A stretch of DNA of 32,000 bases from Thermosulfurimonas dismutans (GTDB lineage: Bacteria > Desulfobacterota > Thermodesulfobacteria > Thermodesulfobacteriales > Thermodesulfobacteriaceae): positions 37,030 through 69,029 of the forward strand of contig NZ_LWLG01000012.1 of NCBI RefSeq assembly GCF_001652585.1, written 5' to 3'. This document shows positions 24,987-32,000 of the stretch, piece after piece; position 1 is the stretch's first letter; the number at the start of each line of letters is the position of its first letter. The notes under the pieces were generated by a model that had not been told where the DNA came from, did no database searches, and saw nothing but the letters and a program-made list of their open reading frames with translations. Both the position numbers and the translations under genes were made by a program.

Positions 24987-25570
24987 CAGTAGCCGATCCG
25001 GAAAGGCCGGCACCTTTCGGCCCGCACGATAGCTAAAAGGTCCTCAAAGGCCCGCTCCACTTCATCGTTCACTACCACATAATCAAACCAAGAGGCGTAG
25101 TTCATCTCCTCCCGGGCCCGAGCGAGCCGACGTGCCACCGTGATCTCGTCTTCAGTCCCTCGGCCTCGGAGACGTCTTTCGAGCTCTTCAAGGCTTGGAG
25201 GCATGATGAAAACAAAGATGGCTCGGGAGCCGAGTCTCTTGCGCACCTGTGAGGCCCCCTGAACATCGATATCGAGGAGCAGATCTTGCCCTGAAGAAAG
25301 CCGCCGGTTCACCTCTTCCCAGGAGGTACCATATAGGTTCCCGTGCACCTCGGCCCACTCCAGGAACTCCCCCTTACGGATCATCTCCTCAAAGGTTTTC
25401 CGATCCACGAAATAATAATCCCGCCCCTCAACTTCTCCAGAACGGGGAGAACGGGTGGTATGGGAAACCGAAAAAGAAAAACCTGCCCTCTCTATCAAGA
25501 GACGACACAAAGTAGTTTTTCCCGCCCCCGAAGGGGCGGAAATGACTAAAAGTAACCCAGCTTGTAACAT
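24986..25570 (-). CDS. gmk: guanylate kinase
   Basis: 'VISAPSGAGKTTL', 'SHTTR.PR.GE.EG.DYYFV' and 'EWAEVHGNLYGT'. Confidence 0.95.
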   Translation of the reverse strand: MLQAGLLLVISAPSGAGKTTLCRLLIERAGFSFSVSHTTRSPRSGEVEGRDYYFVDRKTFEEMIRKGEFLEWAEVHGNLYGTSWEEVNRRLSSGQDLLLDIDVQGASQVRKRLGSRAIFVFIMPPSLEELERRLRGRGTEDEITVARRLARAREEMNYASWFDYVVVNDEVERAFEDLLAIVRAERCRPFRIGY

Positions 25571-25572
25571 CT

Positions 25573-25908
25573 CTAGGAAGACTTTTTACGCTTACGGGAG
25601 GGTGTTTTCTCTTCCTCTTCGTTTTTCTGAGCTTCGGCGCATTCTTCATGCATCTTTAGAAGATCCGAGGTCAACCTCTGGGCAATGGTTTCCGCCTGGA
25701 TAGCCGAGAGGATCACATGATTACTGTCGGTAATAATGATGGAACGAGTCCTCCTCCCCTGGGTAGCATCGATCAGACGTTTAGATTCCTTGGCCTCCTC
25801 CCGGAGCCTCTTCATAGGGGCGGAATTGGGGTTCACGATCGCAATCACCCTCTCCGCCACCACCGAATTCCCAAATCCGATGTTCAATAGGCGGCACTTA
25901 CAGCTCAT
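25573..25908 (-). CDS. remA: RemA/DUF370-family DNA-binding protein with charged C-terminal tail
   Basis: '[29 protein letters not shown]...[39 protein letters not shown]' closely follows B. subtilis RemA. GGGAGGAGGAG RBS. remA-gmk synteny. Confidence 0.85.
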   Translation of the reverse strand: MSCKCRLLNIGFGNSVVAERVIAIVNPNSAPMKRLREEAKESKRLIDATQGRRTRSIIITDSNHVILSAIQAETIAQRLTSDLLKMHEECAEAQKNEEEEKTPSRKRKKSS

Positions 25909-25944
25909 TTACTCCTCCTCCCTTTTTAAATTTTGAGCTTTCTT

Positions 25945-25973
25945 TAAATAATACTACTTCATACCCTTGTCAA
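25945..25973 (-). promoter_or_regulatory. candidate sigma-70 promoter for remA-gmk-rlmB-waaA
   Basis: Minus strand: TTGACA (25973-25968, overlapping the pssA stop), 17-nt spacer, TATTTA (25950-25945). Confidence 0.4.
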
Positions 25974-26731
25974 ATGTTTTTCAATTTCTCCCCTAAATTG
26001 GCCTTTTGGGACTTCAAAATACCAAGGCGAGGGAAAACCAAGAGCACAAGTTCTTTTAAGGGAGCCATAACGGCGTACAAGAGAAAGGCCAAAAACAACG
26101 TAACTTTCGGCTCGGCAGCCATAATAGCAAAGAGCAACACCATCCCAGGCAGGAGATAGGTCATCTGCTTTTCACTAAAACGAAGGACCTTAAAACTTGG
26201 GTAAGGCCAAGGAGAAATCATAAGAAAGGAAACGGAATAGATCATAAGGATCAGGGCCAGGTGTTTTACAGGAAAAACGGCACCAATATGATCAAGGAAA
26301 ATCACAGTTCCGGCCACAAGCCCCGCGGCTGCTGGGCTTGGAAGACCCTTGAAGTATTTGCTCGGTCCCGGTTCCTCCACATTGAAACGGGCTAGCCTCA
26401 AGGCCGTGCAAGCCACGTACACAAAGGCCGCTAGCCATCCATAGCGCCCGTAGGGTTTCAGGGCAAACTCGTAGGCCAAAATTCCCGGAGCCACCCCGAA
26501 AGAGACCATATCACAGAGGGAATCGTATTCCATTCCGAAACGGCTTGAGGAACGGGTAAGCCGAGCCAAACGGCCGTCCAGGATGTCACACACGATAGCC
26601 GCAAAGATGGCCCAGGAAGCCTGGGTAATTTTTCCAGTAAGGGCCGAAACCAAAGCAAAAAAGCCCGCAAAAAGATTGGCGGTGGTAAACAGATGAGGTA
26701 AGAGAGCGATCTTTTTCACGGGCCCCTCCAT
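25970..26731 (-). CDS. pssA: CDP-diacylglycerol--serine O-phosphatidyltransferase
   Basis: CDP-alcohol phosphatidyltransferase motif 'DILDGRLARLTRSSSRFGMEYDSLCD', in a polytopic membrane protein. Overlaps psd. Confidence 0.9.
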   Translation of the reverse strand: MEGPVKKIALLPHLFTTANLFAGFFALVSALTGKITQASWAIFAAIVCDILDGRLARLTRSSSRFGMEYDSLCDMVSFGVAPGILAYEFALKPYGRYGWLAAFVYVACTALRLARFNVEEPGPSKYFKGLPSPAAAGLVAGTVIFLDHIGAVFPVKHLALILMIYSVSFLMISPWPYPSFKVLRFSEKQMTYLLPGMVLLFAIMAAEPKVTLFLAFLLYAVMAPLKELVLLVFPRLGILKSQKANLGEKLKNI

Positions 26732-27360
26732 GAGAGAAGGGCCAGGGGGGTCTCTCCGGCCCTAACGCGATGCCCCTCACGCACCAGGATACGTGCGCCC
26801 TCGGCCGGAAAAAGCACTTCTACCCGAGAACCAAATTTGATCATACCCAAACGATCCCCGCAGAGGACCTCATCGCCTGCGCGAACGTAGCTCACCGTCC
26901 GCCGAGCCAAAAGACCGGCTACCTGAATTATCAAGATAGAAAGCCCATCGTCCCTTTCAAGCCAATAAAACCGTTTCTCGTTGCGATGGAAAGCCTCCTC
27001 CCACTGGGCCGGAAGTTTTTCGCCCGGAAATTCGGCAACCTTCACTATTCGACCTGAGACCGGAGCCCTATTAACGTGGACATCCCAGAGCCGCATAAAG
27101 ACGCCTATCCGATAAACTGGGCCCGGAAAGCCCTCAAATTCCGGAAGGTATCGGACCTTGGCCACTACGCCATCGGCAGGCGAAACCAAAGCTTCCTTGT
27201 CCCACACGGGCTCCCGCGAAGGATCTCTAAAAAAATAGGTCGTAGCAGCCGCTAGAAACCCACCTGCAAGGGCCGCCTTTTTCCGACCGATAAGGGCCGA
27301 AATACCAGAAAGTCCGAGAAAAGTTGTTACGAATGGTAGGCCTTCTTTAGCTATTTTCAC
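26716..27360 (-). CDS. psd: phosphatidylserine decarboxylase proenzyme (short type)
   Basis: GTG start with AAGGAGG RBS. N-terminal TM segments and a 'GMIKFGSRVEVLF' G-S-R self-cleavage motif. psd-pssA pairing. Confidence 0.85.
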   Translation of the reverse strand: MKIAKEGLPFVTTFLGLSGISALIGRKKAALAGGFLAAATTYFFRDPSREPVWDKEALVSPADGVVAKVRYLPEFEGFPGPVYRIGVFMRLWDVHVNRAPVSGRIVKVAEFPGEKLPAQWEEAFHRNEKRFYWLERDDGLSILIIQVAGLLARRTVSYVRAGDEVLCGDRLGMIKFGSRVEVLFPAEGARILVREGHRVRAGETPLALLSWRGP

Positions 27361-27502
27361 TTTTGGCCTCCTTGGCCTAAATCTGGCCTTCTCGTTTGAA
27401 AGGCCGTGGATTTGGCTAAAGGATTTTCCTTCGAACCTATGCTATTTTTGATCCCCATTTGGGGAAACCAGACTTTAAAAACCGAAAAGTTGATCCTCAA
27501 TG

Positions 27503-29395
27503 TCACTTGCCACCCTCAAGCCTTTCCTTGACCGAAGGGAAGAGGTCCAAATTGGTGTGAGGCAAAAAGAGAGCCGACATGTAGTAATCCATGTAACCCG
27601 GATGAGCCGAAAGCTCAAAATGTGTCATCATTCGAGCAACCGCCACCATCTTCTCCCTGGCCTTGATGGATAGGGCGGACAATCTGGCCCCCCTGAGACT
27701 GCTGTTGCCTATGAAATAGAATCTATCCCGAGGCAAATCTGGAAGCAAGCCTATAGTAATAGCCTGTTCAAGGTCTAAATAACTACCAAAGTTACCGGCC
27801 AGAATAACCCTCTCCACCATCTCCACTGAAAGGCCCACGGACTCAAGCAGGGTCTGATAACCGGCAAACATGGCTCCTTTAGCCCGCATGAGGTTGTCGA
27901 TATCGGCCTCGGTAAAGACGATGTCCTCGCCACTGGCCGAATCTTCACCCCACACCAGGACATATTCCCAACCGTCACGGCCTTCCCGTAGTCTCGGATG
28001 ATCCAGGTCCCGGCGGTATTTACCGGAGCGATCTACGAGACCAGAGAGGAAGAGATTGGCCATGAGGGCGATGATCCCAGAGCCACAGATCCCTTTAGGT
28101 TTTTTACCACCGATGGTGAGGATCATGGGCTCAAAGGTTTCGTAATCAATATGCACAGCTTCAATGGCTCCTACCGTAGCCCGCATCCCGTACTTGATGC
28201 CTCCGCCCTCGAAGGCCGGACCCGCGGAACAGGCTGCACAGGCCAGAAAATCCTTGTTCCCTACCACGATCTCCCCGTTGGTTCCGATATCAATAAAAAG
28301 GGTTAGAGGGTCCTCTTCGAAGAAACCCGCGGCCACCACTCCGGCCACGATGTCTCCTCCCACGTAACTCGCCACACAGGGAGCAAACTCCACCACAGCC
28401 CCAGAGGCTCCCGGAAGCCCCAGTTCCGCCGCCGGAACCGGCGGATAAAAGGCCGCCACCGGCACATAAGGATCCTCCCGTAAAAATCGAGGCTCAAGTC
28501 CCAAGAACAGATGCGTCATGACGGAGTTTCCGGCCAGCGAGACGAGGCTGATTTTCGAGGTCTCAACCCCGGCCTTATGACACAGTTCTTCGATGAGGCC
28601 AGAGATTCTCTCCCTTACTTTCTGTGAAAGGATCTCAAGGCCTTTTTCCCTACGGGCAAACTCTATTCGACTTATGACGTCTTCACCATAGCTTATCTGA
28701 GGATTGTAGTCCGAAGTCTCGGCCAAGATCTGTCCGGAATTGAGGTCTATCAGTTCCGCACAAAGGGTGGTGGTCCCAATATCCACCGCCACGGCCAGAT
28801 GATTTTGGGCAGTGTCTCCAGCTTCTATATTGAGGATTACAGGAATACGCCTTTCAGGATGGTCGTAAAGAGAAGCTGTGACTTTAAAATCCTTTTCCCG
28901 CAGAACGTAAGGGAGCCTTTTAAGAAGGCTCCACTCAGCCTCGGGTTCTTGACCGAGGATCTCTTTAAGCCCTCTTTTGAGGCGTCTCAAATCCGGGATG
29001 TTGTCTGAAAGATCCGGAGGAGGTAATTCAAGGAAGAACTTTCTTACTGCAGGCTCGATATCAACGGCTCTAGCCCTTTCAGCGGCTTCAATCCAAGAAC
29101 TGGCCAATCTTTTCGGGGCACGAAGTAGAGCCCGACGGTCGAGATGGCTTTCCACCGGAACCCTTATCACAAGATCGGTCTCCGGGATAAGCGTACAAGC
29201 CTTATAACCTCCCTCGGGAAGGCTCTCTCCTATAACCTGGCCCTCCTCCACGAAGACCCGACACTTGTTGCAAACCCCAGCCCCGCCACAGGAGGCGTTG
29301 ATGTGCACTCCGGCCCGCATGGCGGCGTGTAAAACCGTCTCGCCCTCGCGGGCCTCTACAGTAACCTCAAAGGGAAGGAACCTGATTTTGGTCAT
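27503..29395 (-). CDS. RACo-like protein: N-terminal plant-type [2Fe-2S] ferredoxin + C-terminal ASKHA ATPase (DUF4445 type)
   Basis: I chose ATG 29395 ('MTKIRFLPFEVTVEA..', AGGAAG RBS, 4 nt after the mnmA stop). 'SCGGAGVCNKCRV...C' is the 2Fe-2S pattern. 'VAVDIGTTTL' and 'IDIGTNGEIV' are ASKHA phosphate motifs. Confidence 0.8.
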   Translation of the reverse strand: MTKIRFLPFEVTVEAREGETVLHAAMRAGVHINASCGGAGVCNKCRVFVEEGQVIGESLPEGGYKACTLIPETDLVIRVPVESHLDRRALLRAPKRLASSWIEAAERARAVDIEPAVRKFFLELPPPDLSDNIPDLRRLKRGLKEILGQEPEAEWSLLKRLPYVLREKDFKVTASLYDHPERRIPVILNIEAGDTAQNHLAVAVDIGTTTLCAELIDLNSGQILAETSDYNPQISYGEDVISRIEFARREKGLEILSQKVRERISGLIEELCHKAGVETSKISLVSLAGNSVMTHLFLGLEPRFLREDPYVPVAAFYPPVPAAELGLPGASGAVVEFAPCVASYVGGDIVAGVVAAGFFEEDPLTLFIDIGTNGEIVVGNKDFLACAACSAGPAFEGGGIKYGMRATVGAIEAVHIDYETFEPMILTIGGKKPKGICGSGIIALMANLFLSGLVDRSGKYRRDLDHPRLREGRDGWEYVLVWGEDSASGEDIVFTEADIDNLMRAKGAMFAGYQTLLESVGLSVEMVERVILAGNFGSYLDLEQAITIGLLPDLPRDRFYFIGNSSLRGARLSALSIKAREKMVAVARMMTHFELSAHPGYMDYYMSALFLPHTNLDLFPSVKERLEGGK

Positions 29396-29399
29396 CTTC

Positions 29400-30419
29400 C
29401 TATACCTCCGGGAGAATTTCTCCCCCACCAAGCACCAGTCCCCCTCGATAGAAAACCGCAAACTGCCCCGGAGTTATAGCCCTCTGGGGTCTTTCAAATA
29501 TTACCTTGAAACGCCCATCGCCCAAAGGCACCACCTCCGCTGGGGCCTCTTTATGGCGGTATCGAATCCGAACTTCGGCCCGAAAGGGCTTTTCGGGATC
29601 AAGCGGGTAGATAAAGTTCACGTTTGAGACCAGACACTCCTGCCGGAGGAGATCCTTTTTCTCGCCGATTATCACCTGGTTCTTTTGGGGATCGAGACGT
29701 ATCACATAGTAAGGTTTCCCGAGGCGCACCCCAAGGCCGCGTCTCTGGCCCACCGTGTAGGCGTAAAGTCCCTGATGGCGGCCCACCACCCGACCGTCCA
29801 CGGTCACGATCTCTCCCGGTGGGAACGAAAGATCCCGGAAAAGGTCCCGATAGTCTCGTTCGATGAAACAGACCTCCTGGCTTTCAGGAGCAGTGAGGTT
29901 AAAGAATCCGATGCGGACGGCCTCCCGGACGACCTCCTCCTTGAGGTAATCCCCGAGAGGGAAAATTACCCGCGAAAGGGCCTCTTGAGAGAGCTGGTGC
30001 AAGAAATAGCTCTGGTCCTTCCTGCGGTCGCGGCCCCGGTAAAGGAGATAGCGGGCCAACCCCTCGTCATAAACCACCCGGACGTAGTGTCCGGTAGCCA
30101 GTTTTTCCGCCCCCCGGGAAAGGACCTCCCTGAGGAGCAAACCAAACTTGATCTCCCGGTTACAGACCACACAGGGATTAGGGGTAAGCCCTAAGGTGTA
30201 AGCGCGTCTAAAATACTCTATGACCTTGTCACGGAAGGCCTCTCGAAGATCAACTATTTCGTAAGGGAGCGCCAAAAACCGGGCCAGACTTTCAATCCGT
30301 TCTAAATCTGGATGACTAGGAGTAAAAAGGGCGTGGATCAGGACAACTTCGTGCTTCCGGGAGAGCAACCAGGCCGCAAAGGCACTGTCTACTCCCCCGG
30401 AGATGGCCACCGCAATCAT
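29400..30419 (-). CDS. mnmA: tRNA 2-thiouridine(34) synthase, Cys-type (Fe-S-type cysteine pattern)
   Basis: PP-loop 'AISGGVDSAF', 'TPNPCVVCNREIKFG' and 'SQEVCFI'. ATGA overlap with the upstream NIL-ferredoxin gene. Confidence 0.95.
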   Translation of the reverse strand: MIAVAISGGVDSAFAAWLLSRKHEVVLIHALFTPSHPDLERIESLARFLALPYEIVDLREAFRDKVIEYFRRAYTLGLTPNPCVVCNREIKFGLLLREVLSRGAEKLATGHYVRVVYDEGLARYLLYRGRDRRKDQSYFLHQLSQEALSRVIFPLGDYLKEEVVREAVRIGFFNLTAPESQEVCFIERDYRDLFRDLSFPPGEIVTVDGRVVGRHQGLYAYTVGQRRGLGVRLGKPYYVIRLDPQKNQVIIGEKKDLLRQECLVSNVNFIYPLDPEKPFRAEVRIRYRHKEAPAEVVPLGDGRFKVIFERPQRAITPGQFAVFYRGGLVLGGGEILPEV

Positions 30420-30838
30420 AGGGCTTCACGTTCAAGGCGCACCTCCATGGCCCGCACCACACAGGCCGTTACACAGAGTTCGCAAGCGCTACACCGGTCG
30501 GGGTCGAAGACCACCTGCATGGTCTCGCGATCCACCGAAAGGGCGCCCGTGGGACAGACCGCGGTGCAGGCCCCGCAGTGGATACAAAGATCTTCGTTCC
30601 GCTTGATCTCTTGCCCAACGGTTTTGACCTCCACTCCGAGATCCCGAAGATATTGAAGGCCCTTGGAGACGTTTTTGGGATGTCCAGAGAGTTCCATTAC
30701 CATGATACCTTCCTTACCAGGAAGGATCGTAGCCTTGAGAATATTGAAAGAAAGATCGAAATCTTTTACCAAACGCCAAACAATGGGCTGATCTACGATC
30801 TCAGCCGGAAATCTCAAAACCAACCCCTTCTTAAACAT
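30416..30838 (-). CDS. NIL domain + 2x[4Fe-4S] ferredoxin domain protein
   Basis: N-terminus 'LRFPAEIVDQPIVWRLVKDFDLSFNILKATI....G.MVMELSG' (NIL domain as in the MetN C-terminus). 'CIHCGACTAVCP' and 'CSACELCVTAC' cluster motifs. AGGAGGG RBS. Confidence 0.8.
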   Translation of the reverse strand: MFKKGLVLRFPAEIVDQPIVWRLVKDFDLSFNILKATILPGKEGIMVMELSGHPKNVSKGLQYLRDLGVEVKTVGQEIKRNEDLCIHCGACTAVCPTGALSVDRETMQVVFDPDRCSACELCVTACVVRAMEVRLEREAL

Positions 30839-30869
30839 TAAATTCCCTCCTTTAACCCTCTTATTTCCG

Positions 30870-30897
30870 AATTTATCCTTATTTTCAAAAATTTCAA
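30870..30897 (-). promoter_or_regulatory. candidate sigma-70 promoter for the NIL-Fd/mnmA/RACo-like operon
   Basis: Minus strand: TTGAAA (30897-30892), 16-nt spacer, TAAATT (30875-30870), about 30 nt before ATG 30838. Confidence 0.35.
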
Positions 30898-31041
30898 GAA
30901 GAGAGTCTTCGTTGACAGCCTATCATTCTTGGGACAACTTCCAATCAAGGATGTCAAGTTTTGGTCAAAAAAATCAAAATCGGCCCACTATAAGCAAAAA
31001 GGTAGTGTTTCCTTGATTGTGTCCGTGGTGGCAAATAAAGA

Positions 31042-31097
31042 GGCCTTCCTCCTTGCGATAATAAGTGGGAGTCAAACCAAAGGGAAGGAGGAAGGCC
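31042..31097 (+). promoter_or_regulatory. 13-bp stem hairpin sequestering the transposase RBS
   Basis: GGCCTTCCTCCTT (31042-31054) is the exact reverse complement of AAGGAGGAAGGCC (31085-31097). The latter contains the SD and ends 1 nt before ATG 31098. The 30-nt loop contains GATAAT (31057-31062). Confidence 0.5.
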
Positions 31098-32000
31098 ATG
31101 CAGGACAGAGAAATTATAGAAAAGCTGGAGGACCTCATCAAGGAGGCCATCAAAGGCGTGATTGAGCAGCTGGCACTTGAGGAAAGAAGACTTTCACCCT
31201 GAAACCAAAGGCAACGGTTTCTACCCTCGCTGTCTTCTTACCAAATACGGGCCTATTGAAGGCCTGATGGTTCCCAGAACTCGAGATGGAAACTTTAGAG
31301 CTCAGATCCTACCTCCTCCAAGGAGAAGAGCCGGTCTCGACTTGGGAGAAGCTGTATTGGCTTTGTACGCCTCGGGAGCCAGTACCAGGGCGGTTTCAAG
31401 ATTTATCGAGACCATTTACGGGGCTTACTATTCGCCAGCCAGTATAAGCAGACTAACGGAGGTAGCCGAGGACCAAATTGAGTCCTGGAGAAAGCGAAGG
31501 CTTTCGGAGGAATACTTTGCCCTTTATCTGGATGCTACTTTTCTGCCGGTGAGGAGAGGAACTGTGGCCAGGGAGCCGGTGTATCTGGCTTTGGGGATAA
31601 GGCGAGATGGGACCAGAGAGATTGTGGGCTTTTGGACCAGTGGAGGAGAAGGGGAAAGCTCTTTGGTCTATCAGGAAATTCTCAACGAACTGCGCCAGAG
31701 AGGTCTCAAGAGGATTGAGGTGGTCATAGGGGACGGGCTATCAGGTTTGAAGGAGGCGGTTCTCAGGGTTTATCCTGGGGCCAGGTTTCAGAGATGCGTT
31801 CTTCACAGTCTCAAGTATAGCCTGAGGAAGGTCCGGAGGTCTCACCGGGAGGCTTTGGCTCAAGATTTGAGGAGAATTTATCGGGCTAGGAGGAGGTCCG
31901 AGGCCCTGGAGGCCTTCAGGGCTTTCAAGGCTCGGTGGCAAGGGAAGTATCCGGAAGTAGTGAAGCACTGGGAGGAGAACCTCGAGGATCTCTTGGTTTT
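31098..32000 (+). mobile_element. IS256-family (Mutator-type) transposase gene, split by a frameshift and truncated by the window end
   Basis: Frame A 31098-31202 gives MQDREIIEKLEDLIKEAIKGVIEQLALEERRLSP*. Frame B (+1), open from 31162 to the window end, gives ..KEDFHPETKGNGFYPRCLLTKYGPIEGLMVPRTRDGNFRAQIL...ALYASGASTRAVSRFIE...YFALYLDATFLPVRR...LALGIRRDGTREIVGFW...VVIGDGLSGLKEAV..VYPGARFQRCVLH. This matches IS256 hallmarks: NGY..R, VPRTRDG.F, G.STR.V, the first D in 'LDATF' and the second D in 'GDGLSGL', and QRC..H. It is not in the ORF track because it is open-ended. The IS termini were not identified. Confidence 0.85.

Noticed and set aside
27361-27502. 142-nt gap between the RACo-like gene and psd, containing short hairpins (TCCCCA-TT-TGGGGA; GGCCTT-N9-AAGGCC) and a 'TTCGAA' that briefly suggested a tRNA T-loop.
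   Set aside because: There is no acceptor, anticodon or T-arm geometry on either strand. The hairpins lack adjacent U-tracts. I found no convincing -35/-10 pair or known riboswitch core. It is left unannotated.
30929-31165. 78-aa (+) ORF in the gap between the NIL-Fd gene and the transposase.
   Set aside because: No SD sequence, and a Lys/Gly/Gln-rich product. It runs across the IS leader hairpin and out of frame into the transposase start, so it is most likely non-coding IS-flank sequence.
31741-31968. 75-aa (-) ORF.
   Set aside because: It is antisense to the strongly supported IS256-family transposase frame. The product is Pro/Leu-rich and low in complexity.
1-32000. CRISPR arrays, rRNA/tRNA/tmRNA/RNase P genes and long tandem repeats.
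   Set aside because: Nearly every base is covered by well-supported CDSs. The few gaps (256 nt or less) show no spaced direct repeats or RNA-gene signatures.

Overview
This is a compact bacterial chromosomal segment with about 40 tightly packed genes, mostly on the minus strand. Many genes show ATGA/TGATG start-stop overlaps, and several convergent gene pairs overlap at their 3' ends. The Glu/Lys/Arg/Leu-rich proteins hint at a thermophilic anaerobe, but that is a weak inference. Most of the content is housekeeping: murA, prmC, holB, uppP, corA, yicC, pal, skp, glk, tsaE, nnr, acpS, waaA, rlmB, gmk, remA, pssA, psd and mnmA. There are also the polyamine genes speH-speB, a Ni/Co ECF-type uptake module with no adjacent ATPase gene, and a frameshifted IS256-family transposase running off the right edge. 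I found no rRNA, tRNA or CRISPR array. The most interesting part is the left 5.5 kb. A sensor kinase and an NtrC-type sigma-54 activator are followed directly by a 22-bp perfect palindrome containing two TTTTC-N-GAAAA sites. Next comes a near-consensus -24/-12 promoter, then a five-gene operon: secreted tandem-domain protein, DUF4405 membrane protein, PqqD-like protein, ATP-grasp ligase and PLP decarboxylase. I cannot assign this gene combination to a known pathway, and it continues beyond position 1. The second candidate is a translationally coupled operon of NIL-ferredoxin, a Cys-type (Fe-S pattern) MnmA and a RACo-like [2Fe-2S]/ASKHA ATPase, with no corrinoid genes nearby. All family calls come from reading motifs by eye; no searches were run.
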